Source: Candidatus Latescibacterota bacterium (GTDB lineage Bacteria; Latescibacterota; UBA2968; UBA8231). From it: a stretch of DNA of 64,000 nucleotides. Every line of letters begins with the position of its first letter. Within the stretch, counting starts at the first letter, position 1. A model generated the notes under the pieces. That model was not told the DNA's origin. It did not search any database and saw only the letters and a program-made list of their open reading frames with translations. The position numbers were made by a program, and so were the translations under genes. The stretch covers positions 1,152,001 through 1,216,000 of the forward strand of contig CBDAOB010000004.1 of NCBI GenBank assembly GCA_965197905.1, in the 5' to 3' direction. Below, piece after piece: positions 58,900-64,000 of this stretch.

Positions 58900-59643
58900 T
58901 CAACCCCAAAGGCGAATTACGTAGAACGAGATGCCAAAATAGATCAACAACGACAACACGTCGTTCAGAGCTGTGATCAGTGGTCCGGATGCCACCGCCG
59001 GATCCACCCCGATGCGGCGAAAAACCAGCGGAATACTGGCCCCGAGTCCGGCGGCAACCACCACGGCGGCAACCATCGCCAAACCGACGGACTCTCCCAC
59101 CACCGGGCCCCCGATCCAGAAGCGGGCGACCACATAAACCAGCAAACCCAGTACCAGACCCATGGTCAGGGCGATCTGCAATTCCCTCAGCATCCCTTGA
59201 GCTGTCCGAGCGCCAGGCTGCGAACCGTGACCGTGGATGTCTGGATGCCGGAGTTGCCCCCCATGGCCATCACCGCGGGAATGAATAGAATGAGTGCCGT
59301 CCAGTTGGCGAGCGTCTCTTCGAAGGAATCGATGACGGCGGCCGAACCGAGGGCCACCACCAGGCAAACCAGCAACCAGGGGAGCCGCCGGTACACCAGG
59401 GGAAACAGGGAACGTTCTTCCACGGCGGCCGGTCGGATCGCCGCCATCTCGTTGGCGCCACTCTTCCTCATCCAGATGGCGGAAGAGATCGGCCAGATCA
59501 GCCGGGCGCTGACTGTTGAGTATCAGCGCCAGCGTCGAGGTATCATGCGCAGCCAGAAGCTGGTTCACCGTGTTCAGCAGGGCTTGGCGATGGCCTTCCA
59601 GCTGTCCGCCGCCCAGCGCCTCTCGTTCGGAGCGTTCGTTCAC
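58900..59643 (-). pseudogene. mgtE: Degraded magnesium transporter MgtE
   Basis: N-domain start (PADLADLF), TM motifs RRLPWL and MGGNSGIQ in a second frame, then DPAVASGPLITALND in the first frame. The CBS domains are missing; 744 nt remain. Confidence 0.85.
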
Positions 59644-59731
59644 ATCAAACCGCCTTCGCTGTGGGAGTACCTGCCTCAACATGCGCCCGGAGCAGGATTC
59701 CATCCAGTGGAATATTGCTTGTAAAGATCAC

Positions 59732-62700
59732 ATGGAACCGCTATCCTTCGGCCACCCCTTCCGAGCCAGGACATTCCGCCGTTTGGTGCACCAGGAATCA
59801 CCCAGCACCCCATCCGTTCCCGATTATCTGAGCTTTCTGAAACGGCGCGTCCTTGGAGACACGCTGGTTCACGAGCAGACCATTCCGCCGCGTGAAGGCC
59901 GTCTGGTCGAAGGTTCAGATCGGCTTCCCGCCGCGGTGAATCGCATCGTCGATGCGGCGGGCGTGCGCTCACTCTACTGCCACCAAGTCGAAGGCATAGA
60001 AAAGGTTCTGGCCGGCGAAAACGTGGTCATCTCCACGCCTACGGCCAGCGGTAAGACCCTGGTCTACAACGCACCCATCGTCGCTTCCTTGCTCGAAGAT
60101 CCGACCCGGCGGGCGCTCTACATCTTCCCGCTGAAAGCGTTGGTGCAGGACCAATTCGACGAGCTGAAGTCCCTTCTGCGACGACTCGACAGTAAGCTAC
60201 GGGTAGACATCTTCGACGGCGATACCCCCGCCCACGCGCGGCGCAAGATCAAATCTGACCCGCCTCACCTGCTCATCACCACCCCCGATATGCTACACGC
60301 AGGCATGCTCGCTTTTCACGAGCAGTGGGCGGATTTCTTCGAGGCCCTGCGATTCGCGGTCATCGATGAACTGCACACGTATAGCGGCATCTTCGGCTCC
60401 CACATCCTGCATCTGTTCCGGCGGTTCAACCGGGTGTGTCACTCATACGGCAGTCGTCCACTGGTCATCACCAGCTCGGCCACCATCGGAAACCCGACTG
60501 AGCTCGCCTCCAGCCTCTTCAACCGGAGGTTTCACGCCGTGGTGGAGAATGGCGCCCCCAGCGCGCGCCGGCATTTCCTTTTTCTCAACCCCACCGAAAG
60601 CGCAAACACCCTCGCAGCCAGCCTGTTGCGATTGAGCGTCACCCGCGACCTGCGAACCATCGTGTTCACCCGCGCTCGGGTCATCACCGAGCTCATCTAC
60701 CGCTGGGTCACTCAGTCCCGTAATGATCTTCGCGACGTGATAAGCTCCTATCGCGCAGGTTATCTGCCGGAGGAGCGTCGGCAGATCGAAGCCGCGCTTT
60801 TGGACGGCCGCCTCAAGGGTGTCGTCTCCACCTCGGCGCTGGAACTGGGCATCGATATCGGGGGTTTGGATGTGTGCATTCTCGTGGGCTACCCCGGATC
60901 GATCGTCAATAGCTGGCAGCGCGCGGGACGCGTTGGTCGCGCCAGCAACGAATCGTTGATCGTGCTCATCGCGAGTCGAGATGCGCTGGATCAGTTCTTC
61001 ATGCGGCACCCGGAACATTTCTTCGGGCGCTCCTTCGAAGACGCGGTGGTAGACCCCTCCAACAAATATGTCCTGAAGGGCCACCTTGCCTGCGCTGCAC
61101 GCGAGTTGCCGCTAAGCCTCGATGAGGCGGAGTATCAAATACCTGGATGGCGCGGGGCCATCGAGGAAATGGTGGAAGAAGGCGACCTTCTGGAAGGAGC
61201 CGAAGGAAACACCTGGTACGCCGCCCGCAAGCAGCCGCATCGGCTGGTCAACATGCGCGCAGTCGGCGAATCGTGGACCATCTACAAGGCGGGCACCCGG
61301 AGCATTATCGGCACCGTCAGTGGCGGGCAGATCTACTCCGAATGTTACGAAGGGGCCGTCTACCTCCATCGTGGCCGACAGTATCAAATCGGCGACCGCG
61401 ATGCGAAGAAAAGACAGATATACGCCAAGGAGGTGGATGTTCCGTACTACACCCGGGCGCGCTCCAATAAGGAGACGGAGATCCTCCAGGAGCTGAAATC
61501 GAAACCGATGTTTGGTTATCTGGCGAAGATGGGACGTCTCAAGGTCAGCGCGCAGGTGGTCGGGTTCGAGAAGGTGAGAGTGGGCGACCAAGTGATTATC
61601 AGCAGACACGAGCTCGAAGCGCCGGTGGAGCATTTCGAAACCATCGGCTTCTGGATCGAGCTGGATGCGCGCTTCAAGAAGGAGCTGAAGCGCCATGGGT
61701 ACCACCACATGGGCTCCATGCACGCGATCGAACATGCCATGAAGTCGCTGTTTCCGTTCTTCGCGCTAAGTGAACGCACCGACGTGGGGGGGATCTGCTA
61801 TCCGCTGCATCCGCAGCTGCGCCTGGGCGCCATTTTCATCTACGATTTCTATCCCGGCGGTATCGGCTTGGCCGAAAAGGGATTTGCCAAGCTGGACGAG
61901 TTGCTCGAGATGACCCTCGATCTCGTTTCGAGCTGCGACTGCGAGCTCGGATGCCCATCCTGCATCCACTTCCCGTCATGTGGCGCTGGCAACGTTCCGT
62001 TGGACAAAGCGGGAAGCGTGTTTCTGTTGGAGATTCTCTGCGGACGCCGCACCCTCGAGTCGCCCCCATTCCCGGGGGAAGAGCTCGACGAGGGTCCTCC
62101 TATCTTCGCCTCCTGGGATCAGGAAGAAGACGACCTGCCGGCGGTCGAGGATACGGGGCCACACCTGGTTGTCTTCGACCTGGAAACCCAACTGAGCGCC
62201 GCCGAAGTCGGGGGTTGGAACAAAACGTATCTAATGCGCATGTCGGTTGGCATCGTCTGGGACAGTCGTCTGGACGATTTTGTGATCTACCATGAAAAGG
62301 ATGTCGATCGCCTTATCGAACATTTGCAGCGCGCCGATCTGATTGTGGGATTCAACATCGTCGGGTTCGATTACAGCGTATTGCGAGGATACACCAACTT
62401 CGATTTTCGCGAGCTCAACACCCTAGACATTATCAAAGACGTGCATGCCTACCTCAGGTATCGCGTGAGTCTCGACGCCCTGGCGACCGCAACGTTGAAC
62501 AGCCCCAAAAGCGCCGACGGGTTGCAGGCATTGCAATGGTTCAAAGAGGGGCGGATGGATCTCATCGAGAAGTACTGTCGGCAGGACGTGCAGGTGACCC
62601 ACGATCTGTTTCGGTACGGCATCGAACACGGCCACCTCCTTTTCGACCGCAAGGAAGAGGGGCGGATGCGTATCCAGGTCAATTGGAACCTGGAGGAGCT

Positions 62701-62767
62701 GGTAGCAGGTCGGAAGACGCCGGTGAAACCGGCGATGGTGTGGAAAGCCGCCCAGCGAGCAACCTGA
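59732..62767 (+). CDS. DEAH-box helicase with DUF1998 (MrfA/YprA/Hrq1-like) fused to a C-terminal DnaQ/RNase H-like exonuclease (MrfB/YprB-like)
   Basis: TPTASGKT, IDELH, SAT, LELGIDIG, QRAGRVGR and CDC..GCPSC...C, then FDLETQ, GFN..FD and YCRQDV. The start could be GTG near 59786. Confidence 0.9.
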   Translation: MEPLSFGHPFRARTFRRLVHQESPSTPSVPDYLSFLKRRVLGDTLVHEQTIPPREGRLVEGSDRLPAAVNRIVDAAGVRSLYCHQVEGIEKVLAGENVVISTPTASGKTLVYNAPIVASLLEDPTRRALYIFPLKALVQDQFDELKSLLRRLDSKLRVDIFDGDTPAHARRKIKSDPPHLLITTPDMLHAGMLAFHEQWADFFEALRFAVIDELHTYSGIFGSHILHLFRRFNRVCHSYGSRPLVITSSATIGNPTELASSLFNRRFHAVVENGAPSARRHFLFLNPTESANTLAASLLRLSVTRDLRTIVFTRARVITELIYRWVTQSRNDLRDVISSYRAGYLPEERRQIEAALLDGRLKGVVSTSALELGIDIGGLDVCILVGYPGSIVNSWQRAGRVGRASNESLIVLIASRDALDQFFMRHPEHFFGRSFEDAVVDPSNKYVLKGHLACAARELPLSLDEAEYQIPGWRGAIEEMVEEGDLLEGAEGNTWYAARKQPHRLVNMRAVGESWTIYKAGTRSIIGTVSGGQIYSECYEGAVYLHRGRQYQIGDRDAKKRQIYAKEVDVPYYTRARSNKETEILQELKSKPMFGYLAKMGRLKVSAQVVGFEKVRVGDQVIISRHELEAPVEHFETIGFWIELDARFKKELKRHGYHHMGSMHAIEHAMKSLFPFFALSERTDVGGICYPLHPQLRLGAIFIYDFYPGGIGLAEKGFAKLDELLEMTLDLVSSCDCELGCPSCIHFPSCGAGNVPLDKAGSVFLLEILCGRRTLESPPFPGEELDEGPPIFASWDQEEDDLPAVEDTGPHLVVFDLETQLSAAEVGGWNKTYLMRMSVGIVWDSRLDDFVIYHEKDVDRLIEHLQRADLIVGFNIVGFDYSVLRGYTNFDFRELNTLDIIKDVHAYLRYRVSLDALATATLNSPKSADGLQALQWFKEGRMDLIEKYCRQDVQVTHDLFRYGIEHGHLLFDRKEEGRMRIQVNWNLEELVAGRKTPVKPAMVWKAAQRAT

Positions 62768-62780
62768 GCGAATTTTATGT

Positions 62781-62892
62781 GGTGGAGAATCCGTCTGCCC
62801 GATGGGCGGACGATCCAGGGTGTCCCCGAGCGGATTCGAAACGTCCTGTCCGCATGACAGCGGACAGGAGGGGATATCCTGGACCGGCCACC
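62781..62892 (+). ncRNA. Candidate structured RNA or palindromic element of unknown family
   Basis: Three stems fill the intergenic region: 9 bp with one G-U, 14 bp with two G-U, and a nested perfect 10-bp stem. Confidence 0.4.
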
Positions 62893-62903
62893 TCTAGACG
62901 CTC

Positions 62904-63593
62904 ATGACCATCAAGCTAGTATTCTTCGATATGGAAGGCACCCTGTTCCGCAAAGCGGTGCACGACGTACGCGGCAACGTCGCGCCCAGCGCCTGGGGTA
63001 TGCTGGCACAACAGCTGGGTCCTGAAGGGGCACGAGAAGAGTCGGCATCCGTCGACAAGTGGAACGCCGGTCGGTACTCGGGATACGTCGAGTGGATGGA
63101 GGACACCATTCGCATCCACCAGAAGTACGGCGTCACCCGAAAGCTCTTCGATTCGGTGATGGCCGGCATCGACTACCACCCCGGCGTCGATGAGGTGTTC
63201 CAGCAACTTCGGGCTCGCGGAATTCGCACCGCCCTGGTCTCCGGCGGATTCAAGGCGCAAGCGGACCGCGCCCTCATCGATCTCAGGATCGACCACGCCT
63301 TCGCAGCGTGCGAATACTTCTGGGACGAAAATGGAGAGCTTCTGCATTGGAACCTCCTGCCCTGCGACTACGAAGGTAAACTCGATTTCATGCAGTTGAT
63401 CATGAAGGAACACGGTCTGACGGCAAACGATTGCGCTTTTGTAGGCGATGGAAGCAACGATATTCATTTTGCCAAAGCCGTAGATGTCAGTATCGCGTTC
63501 AACGGGGCCGAGGAGCTGCAGGCGGTCTCGTCTCATTCCATCAATCAAAAGCCGGGTGAAGAGGATTTCAGAGCCGTATTGGAGTTCCTTTGA
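62904..63593 (+). CDS. HAD-IB family hydrolase (phosphoserine phosphatase-like)
   Basis: FFDMEGTL, LVSGGF, K and VGDGSND motifs. Confidence 0.88.
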   Translation: MTIKLVFFDMEGTLFRKAVHDVRGNVAPSAWGMLAQQLGPEGAREESASVDKWNAGRYSGYVEWMEDTIRIHQKYGVTRKLFDSVMAGIDYHPGVDEVFQQLRARGIRTALVSGGFKAQADRALIDLRIDHAFAACEYFWDENGELLHWNLLPCDYEGKLDFMQLIMKEHGLTANDCAFVGDGSNDIHFAKAVDVSIAFNGAEELQAVSSHSINQKPGEEDFRAVLEFL

Positions 63594-63635
63594 ACCGTCG
63601 AGGTCGCAGACAACCAACCGAGAAAGGAAACTCCC

Positions 63636-64000
63636 TTGCTCACCGAAACATCTCGATACGCCGACTTTCCCTCCCTTCGCGAACAGTCGTATCTGAATAC
63701 CGCAGCGGAGGGGATCCCACCCAAGGCCGTCGTCGAGGCACTTGCCCAGTACGGCAAGGACAAGATGCTGGGGATGGACGGCCGTCCACTGCACGAGGAA
63801 CAGCGACGGCAGGCGCGGGAGCAGACCGCCACGGCGTTCGGCTTGAGCCCTGAGGAGATTGGCATCTGCTCTTGCACCTCCGAGGCGTTCAACCTGGCGA
63901 ATCTGGCGTTGGGACTGCAAAACGGAGACGAGGTCGTCATCTCCGATCTCGACTTTCCCGCCACAGCGACGCCCTGGCTGCAGCCGAGCTGCCCAGCCAC
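63636..64000 (+). CDS. Class V PLP-dependent aminotransferase (cysteine desulfurase-like), 5' part, runs off the window
   Basis: TTG after AAGGA; reads MLTETSRYADFPSL..YLNTAAEG...TSEAFN...GDEVVISDLDFP. Not in the ORF track because it has no stop. Confidence 0.85.
   Translation, partial: MLTETSRYADFPSLREQSYLNTAAEGIPPKAVVEALAQYGKDKMLGMDGRPLHEEQRRQAREQTATAFGLSPEEIGICSCTSEAFNLANLALGLQNGDEVVISDLDFPATATPWLQPSCPA

Noticed and set aside
62731..62760. GGCGATGGTGT resembling the 5' end of a fluoride riboswitch
   Set aside because: It lies inside the helicase CDS and lacks the pairing TCGCC and the downstream conserved segment.
62828..62883. Hammerhead ribozyme (CGAAAC present)
   Set aside because: No CUGANGA core in the required position.

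Overview
GC-rich window from a diderm heterotrophic bacterium (OmpH/Skp and a TonB-dependent receptor are present). The gene repertoire (many WPxxRGP-type PQQ-like beta-propellers, PhyH dioxygenases, Gfo/Idh/MocA, ceramidase-like and TIM-barrel sugar enzymes) resembles Latescibacterota/PVC/Poribacteria-type genomes; that taxonomy is inference only. The main feature is a translationally coupled minus-strand cluster of about 18 genes (4.2-16.8 kb and 19.7-30.8 kb). It encodes an EhpF/GriC-like adenylating enzyme, a GriD-like reductase-type ALDH and an Fe-ADH; a flavin-dependent halogenase-type enzyme, a PaaK-like CoA ligase and a thioesterase; a HemN-like radical SAM enzyme; a GT4 glycosyltransferase; TonB/Na+:solute import; MacB-type/EamA export; and four secreted PQQ-like propellers. 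I do not recognise it as a characterised pathway. It looks like an orphan small-molecule (possibly cofactor) tailoring cluster, split by a GAPDH/lipoprotein/AKR-remnant block. The rest comprises a Lys/Ala histone-H1-like gene, nadE, skp, an accessory catabolic region (31-47 kb), sucA-sucB-lpdA-hisI, large-form purL, nfi, a decayed mgtE, a MrfA-MrfB-like helicase-exonuclease fusion followed by a candidate structured RNA, a HAD hydrolase and a partial class V aminotransferase. Three single-base frameshifts in short G/C runs suggest sequencing error. No tRNA, rRNA, CRISPR array or transposase was seen.
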